IMG/VR virus record: IMGVR_UViG_3300001685_000001 | Strand: one strand, 5' to 3' | Length of the DNA stretch: 64,000 bases | DNA from: a virus | Part shown: in pieces, positions 8,883-19,900 of the stretch | How the letters are laid out: each line of letters opens with the position of its first letter | Position numbering within the stretch: position 1 is the first letter of the stretch | Notes under the pieces: model-generated | What the model was told of the DNA's origin: nothing | Databases searched by the model: none | Seen by the model: only the letters and a program-made list of their open reading frames with translations | Translations under genes and position numbers: made by a program

Positions 8883-11800
8883 CTAATTTAAGTTGATTGC
8901 AGTACCCTTAATTGTTACTCCTGATGAGCTTAGTTCAATGTAGTTGTTGGCATCAACTTCTATTCTAACTACTTTACCCTTAGTGCGAATATCATGTGGT
9001 GTTTCTAGTAAAATTGAATCTTTAATAGAATCGTTCATGGCAATTTTTCTAGTGTTACCATCAATTCCTTTATACTCAAAAGAAAAAGTATCTCCTGTTT
9101 TATATAAGAATCCTTTATCATTTCCATTTGCATCTCCAGCGCCCCATGTTGAATGAGGGTAAGAAGATTCTCCTGTTCCTTTTAAAGTTAATTCAAACTT
9201 GGTTCTTGCTGTATTGTCTGCGAATCCAGTATTTAACTGAATAAAATTATCTTTAATGAAAACATGGTCTTGGGGAACATTTGAGTTTAGGGTTCTTAAT
9301 TTATTTACGGTTAAGTCAGAGATATAGCTACCAGTAACTTCATCAAGTATTGCTTCATCAAAGTCTTCATTTAGAACTATTAGTCTTCTAGCATAAAGCA
9401 TTCCATCTGTTCCTAGCCACATTCTGTTTTCACCATTCACATCGATTGCAATACCTTCATTAGCGTTCAATCTAATCTGTTCGCCTTTATTACCGTTAAT
9501 TGTAATACCTGTATTTTGGTCGAGTATTATTTTTTCTCCTAATTCTCCATTTACAATTTTCAAGTTGTGTGTGACTAAATCTTGCGCATATAAGCTGCCA
9601 TCTGTGTCTACTTTAAATTTATTAACACAATCCACATCTATTGCAAAACCTCTATTTTTTGTCATGTAAATTAAAGAGTTATTAGTTCCTTTTAATATTG
9701 TTCCAAAATCAGTAGAAGGGGAGCACATTGGGACTGAACCATATGGAATGTAACCTAACCACATTACAGGATTTGCACCATCAGATACAGTTCCCTTATT
9801 TCCTTCAAATTTGAAATATCCATCATCGTCAATTGCAGTTAAGTTCTTGGCTGTGAAATCTTCTACCCAGAATTCTCCATCTAAATTGGCATACATTTTC
9901 TTAACCCATTCAGAGCCAACTTTTTTCTCAATCATAAATCCATCGCAAGAAGTTGCGTGTACTCTATGTCTCCCATTATCAAGAAGCATTCCAAAGCATT
10001 CGCCTTTAGGGTCATCTGTAACTAGCCCCAATCTCATTTGCTCTTTTCCAGCTCTATCATAGATAGTTGTGCGAGAGCCACGAGTAATCCAAACTCCACT
10101 TGCATCCTCAATAGCAAGATTAACTCCAGAAATTATTTTTCCGTAAATTCTTTCCCCAACTATTCCTTCAGAAGTGATTGCATGTTTCCAAGAATTTCCT
10201 GAATCATTAGTTATTGCTAACATACCATTTTGAATTACTAACCAAGTGTTCGGGTCTTCTAATGAACGCACAATAATTCCACGCTCGCTCATTTCAATTT
10301 GTTGCTCATAACCAGCAATCACTGAGTTTTTAATGGCATCCCACTTATTGTTGATTATATCGTTTATCATGCCATTGTTCTCTTCAGCTAAGTTCCATTT
10401 GTATTTATCCATATTAACAACTGTGGATGTGTTCCCAGCATTATATAATAAATCCATCAGTTTTTTAGCATTATCTTTAATTTCTTTTTCATTGGCAATA
10501 GTTAAAGATATCTCTTTTGACTCAAAGCTGTAATTGATTTCAATTATCTTTGCCTGTATGTCAATATCCATTCTATTGTGTTTACCAACTACTGTGTCTC
10601 CTAGTACCAATTTACCCCAATCATTTTGTGCTTCAACAATTGATAAAAAATTAATAATATTCAACGTCATAGAAATTTTAGGCTCTCTAAATTCTTTGAA
10701 TACTTCGTATCCTTCGTCCAATAAGTCCTGCTCATCTACAATTGCATCATTAGTGTATTCTTTCTCTATGATGAAATCATTTAATTCTAACAGTTGACTA
10801 GGCGATAGATTGTTTTCTGTTGCTACTAAGCTGTTTAGGATTGAAATTTGATTAATGATATTTCTTTCTTGAGCATCCAAACTAGAAATGAATATCATTT
10901 TAGCGTCTATTTCTTTATTTTTTTCATTCATTCTTAATATGACTGCTTGATGTGCAGGAGTTCCATCTAGGAACTGAGAGTTTAAGATATCTCTCTCATC
11001 AAGAATTTTTACTAGCTCTGTTTGCAAGACACTCAACTTTTGCTCTTCCTGTTGAATTTCATCTTGTTTTAGGGTTAGATTTTTAGTTAGGGTGTCAAAC
11101 TCACCTTGTTTAGAACTTAGAAGAGCTTTATAATTTTCTAAGGCAATACACAATTCATTGCTCATATAATCAGACTCGCTGGTTACTGTTCCATTTTTAT
11201 CACGCTTAAAAGGGAACATATAATACGAAAAATCCTCAATATAATTAGAGCCAGTTGCAGAAAGATTCCTAATTGTCAATCCATCTTTACCATAAAGCTT
11301 TAAGCGTGTAATGGTTTCATTGGAATCCGAGCTAACAGTCATGCTATCAAGATATTTTCCTTTTTTAAATCTTAAGCCTTTGTTTGTTCCAACATTTTCT
11401 GGGCGATAGAAGTTAATTTTTAAATTGACCGTATCCCATTTAATAACAGCATTGAACTTTTCAGCTAATTCATAGGTTGCTTGCAATGCAGTCTGCGAAG
11501 CTATTTCATGACTTCGATATTTTAAATCGAAAGCAGAGTCAACATATCCAACTTTCCACTTTGAAAATTTCAAAATATCATTCATCATATATGAAAGATT
11601 CTTACTTTCTACAGACCATGCTCGAATATTTTTATCTGCAAGCTGTGTTCCTAATGAGAGGGCTTTATACTCAACATATTCATCATTTGAAACACCCTTA
11701 CTTCTCTCATTAAACTGAAAATACTCAATAGTACTTCCATATATTAATTTAAACAAATATCTATGTTTAATGTCCTTGATATTGGGATTGGTAATTGGAA

Positions 11801-11990
11801 CCCTATCTTTTTCTATCATTGTTGGAATCTTGAAGCTTATTTCATTTAGTGAACCCAACTTAGTAGAATAGTTTACTTCATGTGCTTCTGTGAGCTTAGC
11901 AATTGTTTTCTTATCTGGCTTGCATAAGAACAAACTGGCTTCAATTGGTTTTAGGTTTGGATTTATTTCTCCTAATTTCAATATTTTCAT
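8883..11990 (-). CDS. Tail-associated lysin/hub (Tal, prophage tail endopeptidase family) with coiled coil and gp5/VgrG-like beta-helical tip
   Basis: Follows Dit; ETITRLKLYGKDGL; ends IELSSSGVTIKGTAINLN. Confidence 0.75.
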   Translation of the reverse strand: MKILKLGEINPNLKPIEASLFLCKPDKKTIAKLTEAHEVNYSTKLGSLNEISFKIPTMIEKDRVPITNPNIKDIKHRYLFKLIYGSTIEYFQFNERSKGVSNDEYVEYKALSLGTQLADKNIRAWSVESKNLSYMMNDILKFSKWKVGYVDSAFDLKYRSHEIASQTALQATYELAEKFNAVIKWDTVNLKINFYRPENVGTNKGLRFKKGKYLDSMTVSSDSNETITRLKLYGKDGLTIRNLSATGSNYIEDFSYYMFPFKRDKNGTVTSESDYMSNELCIALENYKALLSSKQGEFDTLTKNLTLKQDEIQQEEQKLSVLQTELVKILDERDILNSQFLDGTPAHQAVILRMNEKNKEIDAKMIFISSLDAQERNIINQISILNSLVATENNLSPSQLLELNDFIIEKEYTNDAIVDEQDLLDEGYEVFKEFREPKISMTLNIINFLSIVEAQNDWGKLVLGDTVVGKHNRMDIDIQAKIIEINYSFESKEISLTIANEKEIKDNAKKLMDLLYNAGNTSTVVNMDKYKWNLAEENNGMINDIINNKWDAIKNSVIAGYEQQIEMSERGIIVRSLEDPNTWLVIQNGMLAITNDSGNSWKHAITSEGIVGERIYGKIISGVNLAIEDASGVWITRGSRTTIYDRAGKEQMRLGLVTDDPKGECFGMLLDNGRHRVHATSCDGFMIEKKVGSEWVKKMYANLDGEFWVEDFTAKNLTAIDDDGYFKFEGNKGTVSDGANPVMWLGYIPYGSVPMCSPSTDFGTILKGTNNSLIYMTKNRGFAIDVDCVNKFKVDTDGSLYAQDLVTHNLKIVNGELGEKIILDQNTGITINGNKGEQIRLNANEGIAIDVNGENRMWLGTDGMLYARRLIVLNEDFDEAILDEVTGSYISDLTVNKLRTLNSNVPQDHVFIKDNFIQLNTGFADNTARTKFELTLKGTGESSYPHSTWGAGDANGNDKGFLYKTGDTFSFEYKGIDGNTRKIAMNDSIKDSILLETPHDIRTKGKVVRIEVDANNYIELSSSGVTIKGTAINLN

Positions 11991-11995
11991 CCTTT

Positions 11996-12637
11996 CTATT
12001 CTTGTAGTAGCTTACCTTGATAGCGGATATCCATATCAAAATCTCCAGTTGTTTTTATATATGTTTCTCCAACATCTAGTTCCAACCATTCATTATTGTG
12101 ATTGTCATATCTATAGACTCCTAAACTCTGCAAAGAAGAAACTATGTCCTCGCTCTCACAATCGATAAACACTTCCTCCTTATTTTGCAATGCAGTTAAA
12201 GACATTTTTTGTCCTGTCATGTAATTAGTTATAGAAATATCCCCATCACCATCTACTTTCCTAATCCACAACTTGGGTTTTAAAGGAAGGTCAGCGATAT
12301 TTTCAAAAAACACATATGGAGCAAAAGATATTTTAATTAATTGTAAGAATGGCTTATTAGTGGGGGAGATGGATGCAAAAATTACTTTGTATCTAAAGTA
12401 AAGCTGAGTTAGATTGTGTGAGCTTAAAAAATCTGTAGATTGCTTAAAGAATGGAGACCATTCAGTCCAATTGATATTATCATTGGACACTGAGTAGTAG
12501 AAATCCATTCGTTGATTATTAATATTAATATCAGTTATATTTATAGAAACTATATATCTATCAAGATTATTTGAAATGTTGAATACTTGAGAAATATAGG
12601 TTCCATATGGCTTTGTGACTTCTGACCAAATTGGCAT
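11996..12637 (-). CDS. Distal tail protein, C-terminal part
   Basis: PKLWI...GDISITN...EEVFIDCE...RYDNHNNEWLELDVG resembles the C-half of SPbeta YomH-type Dit. Confidence 0.6.
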   Translation of the reverse strand: MPIWSEVTKPYGTYISQVFNISNNLDRYIVSINITDININNQRMDFYYSVSNDNINWTEWSPFFKQSTDFLSSHNLTQLYFRYKVIFASISPTNKPFLQLIKISFAPYVFFENIADLPLKPKLWIRKVDGDGDISITNYMTGQKMSLTALQNKEEVFIDCESEDIVSSLQSLGVYRYDNHNNEWLELDVGETYIKTTGDFDMDIRYQGKLLQE

Positions 12638-12649
12638 TTACATCACATC

Positions 12650-13306
12650 CTATTCAATTTTCCCAAAAGGTCTAAAGTTACTAGCTGATGCAACTTGCTT
12701 CCATTTGATTGCTTTTTCTTTTCTCCACACAACAGAGCCGTCAATATGTGTAATACCTTCGTTAACAGTATCCCATTTTGGTTCAACGATATCTGATAGA
12801 CCTGAAGTTTCACAAATGTAATAGTAAACTTTTGTTCCATCTGTAGAGAAAACAACATCATCAACTTCATAGTTGTAATTAGCCATCCATTGATTTCCTA
12901 TTGCATCATAAAACTCTATATTCTTATTTGTGAGAAAAGTTGGTGTTTTATTCATGGAGCGTCCACCAACTACACATTGGTAAGCATTTCCATTATCTGT
13001 GGTTGGTCGAACATAATCTCCAACCGTATATTTCTTTAGTGGTTCCCATTTAGGAGCATAAACTCCCTCACGAACATTCACAAAGCCAATATGCTCACCA
13101 ATGGTAGGGGAGTTGTCCCACAGCCTAGCTCCATATGAATAAAGCTGACCAATTTTTAGTTCTTCTGGATTTCCAGTGGAATCAGCAATAATCTTGTCAA
13201 TGATGCCAAAGTTTTTTCCATATTCTAACCAAGTTTCCTTAACATCGTCTTCAGACCAAGAACTTGGAGTTGTAATTTTTAATCCTAAATTGGCGGTATT
13301 TTCCAT
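12650..13306 (-). CDS. Baseplate carbohydrate-binding protein (two CBM5/12-like repeats)
   Basis: WEPLKKYTVGDYV and WMANYNYEVDDVV repeats. Confidence 0.6.
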   Translation of the reverse strand: MENTANLGLKITTPSSWSEDDVKETWLEYGKNFGIIDKIIADSTGNPEELKIGQLYSYGARLWDNSPTIGEHIGFVNVREGVYAPKWEPLKKYTVGDYVRPTTDNGNAYQCVVGGRSMNKTPTFLTNKNIEFYDAIGNQWMANYNYEVDDVVFSTDGTKVYYYICETSGLSDIVEPKWDTVNEGITHIDGSVVWRKEKAIKWKQVASASNFRPFGKIE

Positions 13307-13905
13307 TAATCTAATTCACCCCATTTTTTATATAGTTCATAAAATCTTTCCAAGCTCATTACAGGGTTGTCAATCGTTAATCCATTGTCTGCTGTAATAG
13401 TATTATCATGAATCCCATTGTCAAATGATTTTATATCGTCTGAAACGATTGTACCGACATTTGAACTCCTGTTTTTAATATTGTTTAATGAATGTTCTGA
13501 TGTGTATCCGTATGGAGAATCGCACCTTACATTAAATTCTATATATCCTTCTTTTCCACCGTTATGAATCAAAGTGGAATCTCCTTCAAACATTGCGTAA
13601 AATATTCTATTGGGATTAGAATCAAATGTTAAAGGCTTGTAATAGTCTTGAAAAAGCCATCTTGCTATTTTTCTAAGAGTCATGTTATCTTCCCATTTGT
13701 CTATAAAAATACTCATAGAAAAAGAGAGTGGTTTATGTTCCACTCCCTGTAGATAAGGCTTCTCTCTATTAGCAATCGTTTTTTCATTTATGGTTCTATC
13801 TGGGAGGAAGGACTCTTCAAAAAGACCTTTTTTAGTGGAGGCTATTGCAACCCCCATGTCCTTAGAGCTTTTCCCATCATACATAAAATGAATGGATTGT
13901 TTCAT
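13306..13905 (-). CDS. Distal tail protein (Dit), N-terminal part
   Basis: Directly after tape measure; FMYDGKSSKDMGV...RIFYAMFEG...FNVRCDSPYGY. Confidence 0.75.
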   Translation of the reverse strand: MKQSIHFMYDGKSSKDMGVAIASTKKGLFEESFLPDRTINEKTIANREKPYLQGVEHKPLSFSMSIFIDKWEDNMTLRKIARWLFQDYYKPLTFDSNPNRIFYAMFEGDSTLIHNGGKEGYIEFNVRCDSPYGYTSEHSLNNIKNRSSNVGTIVSDDIKSFDNGIHDNTITADNGLTIDNPVMSLERFYELYKKWGELD

Positions 13906-16900
13906 TTAGTAACCTCTCTCTCTTTTTAGTCCAGTCATGATATCGTTGACAAAGTTTTTGGCTTCCTCTTTAGTAGCATTCATATTCTCTACTATGAAAT
14001 CAATTTTAATAGGACTGTTATTATTGTTGCTTGTATTGCCTATAAGAGATGGTTGCACTATATTTGGCATTAACAGAGGGCTAATCATGTTATTCAGTGT
14101 CTCTAGAATAGGAGCGTATTTAAAGAAGTCTTTCGTTTCTTTTTTATTTAATACCACTTCTTCTTCATGAAGCATTGTTAATCCATCTGATTTTGTATAC
14201 CCTCCAGTTTTTAAGCCAACTGCACTATATTCTAATCTCTTACCATATTCAGTGATATAGTCTTGAAGATAGTCGGTGGAAACAGTTTTAAAACCTTGGT
14301 TCTGCAAGTACTGTCCAAACTTAACTTTATCTTCATTAGACATTTTTGATAAAATCTCATCCAACCCTTGGTTGCTTTTTATTGTAGATTTTTCTGCACG
14401 ACCTTCAGCAGCCAATGCGTAAGCTTTGTCTCTTATATATGTCTGTCTTACTGCTGATTTTTCCTTTGTAATAAGAGTTTCCGCAAGATATTTGCCAGTC
14501 AGAACTTTTAAATCCGCATTAGAAAGACCAATATTTCCTTTTTCTCCATCAAAATGAGCACCTTCGCCTATTCCTTTAGAGCTGTCGCTATCGGTTTTAA
14601 TAACTTTATCTAACATATCTAGTGCTTTTTGAAGGTTGTCTATCACATTTTCACGAATAGATTTTCCGACACCCTTAAGTGTTCCATCAAATTTGCTTAA
14701 GAAGTTCGGCATGGTATCTTCCATTTCTTTAATGTAAGTTTGAAACTCACCACTAAGGTTTTTAAAGTTTCCAGCTACAATATCTTCCTTCATTTTTGCG
14801 AAGTATCTCTCATCATTTAATTGGTCTTCATAGAATTTATCCCAATATTTTTTTAAGTCTTCTAATCTTTCAATTTCATTTTCATATTTTATATCTTCTA
14901 GCTCTTCTAGCTCTTCATATTTTTCTTTTTCCTTTTCAAGAAGGTCGTTTAAGTTTTCTTTTCTAAGGTCAATTTCTCTGTCATGTCTTTTATCAGCGAT
15001 ACTTTCGTCAATTGCGTCCAATTCCTCTTGCAGTTTCTTTCTTTCTGCTTTGGACTCAAAAGAATCATCCATTGATAAAAGGTTGATTTTATTTGATATT
15101 TTATTTCTTTCTTCTTCAAGTTTGTCAATGTCTTTATCATAGTTATTTTCAGACTCTTCTCTATCAATTTCCTTTAATTTGGCTTGTACTATTCTTTCAA
15201 AAGCACCATATTCATCTTCATAGTTTTTCATTACTTTTTTGTGGCGCTCTTCTTCTGCATCAATTTCTTTATCCAGTGATTCCATGTGCATCTCTTGCTT
15301 CTCACTGAGATACTCTTTGTAAGCATCAATAAGTGCATCAGCAGCTTCGGAGGCATTTTTTGTTGAGGAGTCTTTTATGGTTTCATTAAGAGTCTTAATT
15401 GAACCATCAAATCCCCAAATTTCAAGAGTTAAATCTTCTATTTCTTCAGTTAGGTTTTTATAGTCTTCAGATAACAAATCGTGCAATACAAGAGAGCGCT
15501 GAAGAGATTCTCTATATGCAATGTTTTGCTCTTTAAGCTTCTTATAAGTTTCTACTTGACTGTTAAGTTCGGCTACGTATTCAGGAGAACTTTCTTCTAA
15601 AGTTGCCATAATAGCTTGTGAACGTTGCAACTCGAAATTAGTATCATCTATTTCTTCAGAAAATCTTCGCATAGTTGCTTGTATTCTCTCAAAGGTCAAT
15701 TCTTTCATATTAATTTCAAGGTCTACTATTGATAAAGAAAGCTCTTTCACTTTTTCAGTGAGTTCAGCTTTTGCTTTTGCAGTTAGATTTCCTGATTTTA
15801 TTACACCATTTAAGTAGCTGACTTCAGATTTGTAACTTTGAGCTTGCACACCTTTTAATCGAATTTCATTTTTTATTGAATCGTGATATCTCTTAGTAAT
15901 AGAATCTAACTTACTTCTTTTTTGAACCTCATCATCAATGTTATGCTGGGCATTTTTACGGGCATGTTCAAAAGCGGCAACATCTGCACTAATTAGTTCC
16001 ATTTTTAAGTTTTCAATATACTCTTCTACTGCGGCAATATCTGAGTTCATCTTTAATAATTCAGACTTGGCAGCATCTATAGCAGCCATAGCATTGGCAG
16101 CATCTTTTGATGCATCTGAAGCAGATGGGACAGTTTTCTTAGCTGTGGCTAAGTAGCTGCTTGGGTTTATTGCTTTGCCATTTTCGTTAATCTGATAATG
16201 CAAATGATTTCCAGTGGAATTACCAGTGGAACCAATATTACCAATTTGTTGACCTACTGCTACGGTTTCTCCAACCTTAGCTATAACCTTATCCAAATGA
16301 GCATAAAAGTGTTTTAGTCCATCTGCTGTTTCTACTGCAACGTAATTACCGAAACCAGACATAGAGCCTGTTCCTTTACCAGCGTAAGTAACCTTACCAC
16401 TTACGTTAGCATCTAGTCTGTCTCCTTTATTACCAGCAATATCAATGCCGTTGTGGTCAGTATATTTACCAGTTATTGGATGGACTCGCTTACCAAAGCC
16501 AGATGTTATAGTTCCTCCCCAACCGCTAATTTGCTTACCAGAGGTAATATTACTTCCACCGCTTGCTTCAAAATCAGCCATAATTTTGTTAGCGTAGTTT
16601 TTAGCACCTGTCCAATAATTTGCTGAACTTTCAACAATCTTAGTTACATTTCCTGCGCCAGCGTTATAAGCATAAAGAGCTTTTTTAATATCTCCACTAA
16701 ATTTTGCAATTTGCTGGGCAATATATTTAGTACCACCCATGATATTTTGCTGTGCATCGAAAGCATTTTTTACTCCCAGTTCCTTAGCAGTAGCTGGCAT
16801 TAATTGCATTAATCCTTGAGCGCCTTTGGATGATTTAGCATCTTTATTAAAACTAGATTCTGCTTTAATGATGGCTGCGATTAAGTGAGCATCAACTCCG

Positions 16901-19900
16901 TAAGTGGAGGATGCTTTATTAATCTCCGTTGCGTATTTTCCTGTGTATGCTGAGCTACCACTAGTATTAGAAGAGCCTGTAACTACTCCAGTTTGAAGAA
17001 TTTTTCCAGATTTAATCTGTTTCTCCAGTTCTTTGCTCTGGTCTGATAAAAGAAGTTTCTTCTTGTTTTGAAGGGCTAATTCATCTTGTAGAGATTTTTT
17101 ATATTGGGCGCTATAGTCTGGGAAATTACTTTGTATTCTGTTTTGTTCTTCAATTTTAGCGTTCACTTCATCAATAGCCATACCATATTTATCAGCTATA
17201 TATGTTGATTTCTCCATTGCTTCAGCACTGTCTTTTGTAGCTGATGTGTTATCTTTTGTGGAATTTGCTAAAACATCTAGAGAACCAGATAAAGCACTTG
17301 TATATTTACCATGAGACTTTGTTAAAGTTGCTAACTCTGCTTGTTTGCTTGTTAATTTCTCAGTTTCTCTTGCACCTAATGATGTATATCTCATCAAGGC
17401 TCTAGCAGCGCTATCAATATCTTCCTGTACTCCTGATGCAACTGCTGCGTCATATGCTTTTTGAGCCGTATTCGATATTGAATTATATGCGGCAACTAGC
17501 TTATCAAGGGCTGCAATCTCAGTGTTAATATTAGTTATGCGAGCATTTGTTTCAATTAAGTGACCGACAGTAGCATCTTCTTCAGCATTTAGCTGTCCAT
17601 CTTTGGAGGCTTCAACAGCTCTTAATAAGATATCTTGAGCATCTCTCTCTTTGATGATGTCATTTATTCTTATTCCACTCTCACTAGAAAGGTGAGGATA
17701 GATTTTTGCTAGTGTTGCCTGAGTTTCAGTTAAAAGGTCTGTTTGCTCTGCTGTTCGGTTTGTTTGCTTAGATAGAGATTGATAAATGTAAATTAAATCT
17801 TCAACTTCATCAACTTGTTTTTGGGATACCCCTGCAAGCTTCTCGGATGCAGAGTTTAGTTTTTGCATCTCTGCTACTAGTTCGGCAATACCATTAGAAG
17901 ATTCATTGATAGCAGAATCCAAATCTCCCATTCCATCTCCTAATGAATTCGCTTCCGCTAATAGTGCAATCATTTCTTCTTTTGTTTTACCATACTTCTT
18001 GGCTAAATCTTCTACAGACATGGAATATTGTTGAAGAGATGGGTTCATTGCATCAAAAGAAGCTTTTAACTCGGCATATTCAGTTGTTCCTTTTTTGATT
18101 CCTGCCGCAGTAGCAATAGCAAGGAATTCTTTTTCTATTATTCCTTTTTGCTTAATTACTTCGTCTGAATATATCTTTAAGTCCTCTGTAGAAAGACCTT
18201 CGGATTGTTTCTCCTTTAGTGTGTCGAATGCCTTTCCGAAATCTTCTAAGCCTTTGACTGCTGTTGGGTTTTCAAGAGTACTATAAAGGTCTTCGAATAC
18301 ATTAGTTAACTTTCCAGTGTCTTTTATTGTGTAGGCAGCGTTTGTTGCGAAGGCATCGACTGCTGATTTAGCAGATGAATTAATCCCTTTGTTTGCAGAT
18401 AAAATCGTGTCCATTCTCTTCAGAGATGCATTTAACAATTGACCGTTTGCGTTTTCCTGACCTGTTACTAGATTGTTATAAGATGTTAATTGTTCGGTAT
18501 ACTTTGCAATTTCTCCATCAATAATATCGATTCTTAATTTGTTTCCCTTTGCATCCTCAGAGGAAAGGGTCTGCTTGCGAGTTGTTAGCTCTTCAATTGC
18601 TGCCATAAGAGTATTGATATCTTTAACTTCATTTTCAACAGAAGTATCTGGATTTGATTTGTTACTTCCTTTATCCCAAGTTATTGAAGGGTTGGTTACA
18701 AATTTAAATTTATCTAATTCTTTCTGAGCAGCTTTGCTTGATTCTATTGCTGTTTCATATGTTTCTTTTTGTTTTTGATGGTCTTCTGCTTTGTTTACTC
18801 GTTCTTGTGCCTCTGCTTGTAATTTAAGCATTTCTATCTTTCTTTCAATTACCGTAGCACTGCCTAGAATTGCATTTCCATATTCATCCTCACCTCTGCT
18901 AAGAGATGGGATAAGCTCAGCTAATTCATTTTGAACAGATAAATACTCTTGTGCATCTTCATTATTGTATTCTGGTGAGCCTATCTCTTGCATACTTCCT
19001 TGTAACTCTGAATATCTCTGTGCCAGTATGCCAATTCTATCTGCATTAGATGTGTAAGAATCTGCTAAAAGTTGGTTTTGGGCAGTTATTTCCTCTTGTA
19101 TTTCTCTTTGTTTTTGCATCTTACTCATAAATGCTTCGGTTATTGCTCCGATTGCTAAAAACGCTACCCCAATTCCACCTAGAGACAGAATCATTGTTCT
19201 ATTAGCTGTCCAGAATGCCTTGGCTGAAGCCATAGCTGATAGGGCAGAAGCTTTTAATCCTTTAGATAACTGTGCTGTAGATACTGTAGCGACTGTTGTA
19301 CTAGCAGCTAAAGTTCTGGTTGCATTTGATGTAACGGCAGTTGCCGCAGACATGGTTCCAAAACCAAATGTCGCTCTCACTGTCGAAGCTGATAGTGCGT
19401 TAATAGCTTTGGTTTGAGCAATAATAGGGGGAGTAGGCTTGAGCATACTTTTTGTGGCACTGACTCCCAATTGAACAAACTGCGCTGAAGTTTTCGCTAT
19501 TCCAGTTCCCATGCTAACCATTAATCCTCTAAAACGTGTTGATACTAAAGCTAGAGCTACTGAAGCCGTTCCAAGAACGAATGGTAGTCCACCAATTCCC
19601 TCAATTACCTTTGTAATAGCTCCTAAGAAATTTCCGAACAGTTGTATACTCTGTATCATACCTTCAGTTAAGAATGCATTACCAAGAGCCAATGCTAATT
19701 TTTCTACCTCAACTCTTGCTAAGTTTAATCTAGCTTGAAGAGATTCCATGTAGCGTTTGTTTTCTTCCATTGCAGAACCAGTAGAATTAACTGAAGAGTC
19801 ATACATACTTTTATACATTGAGTCGGCAGAACCTAAGTCATCTAGGAATGCTTGCATTCTAGAGATGTGGTATTTACCTGCTAAACCTTCAACTGCAAGT

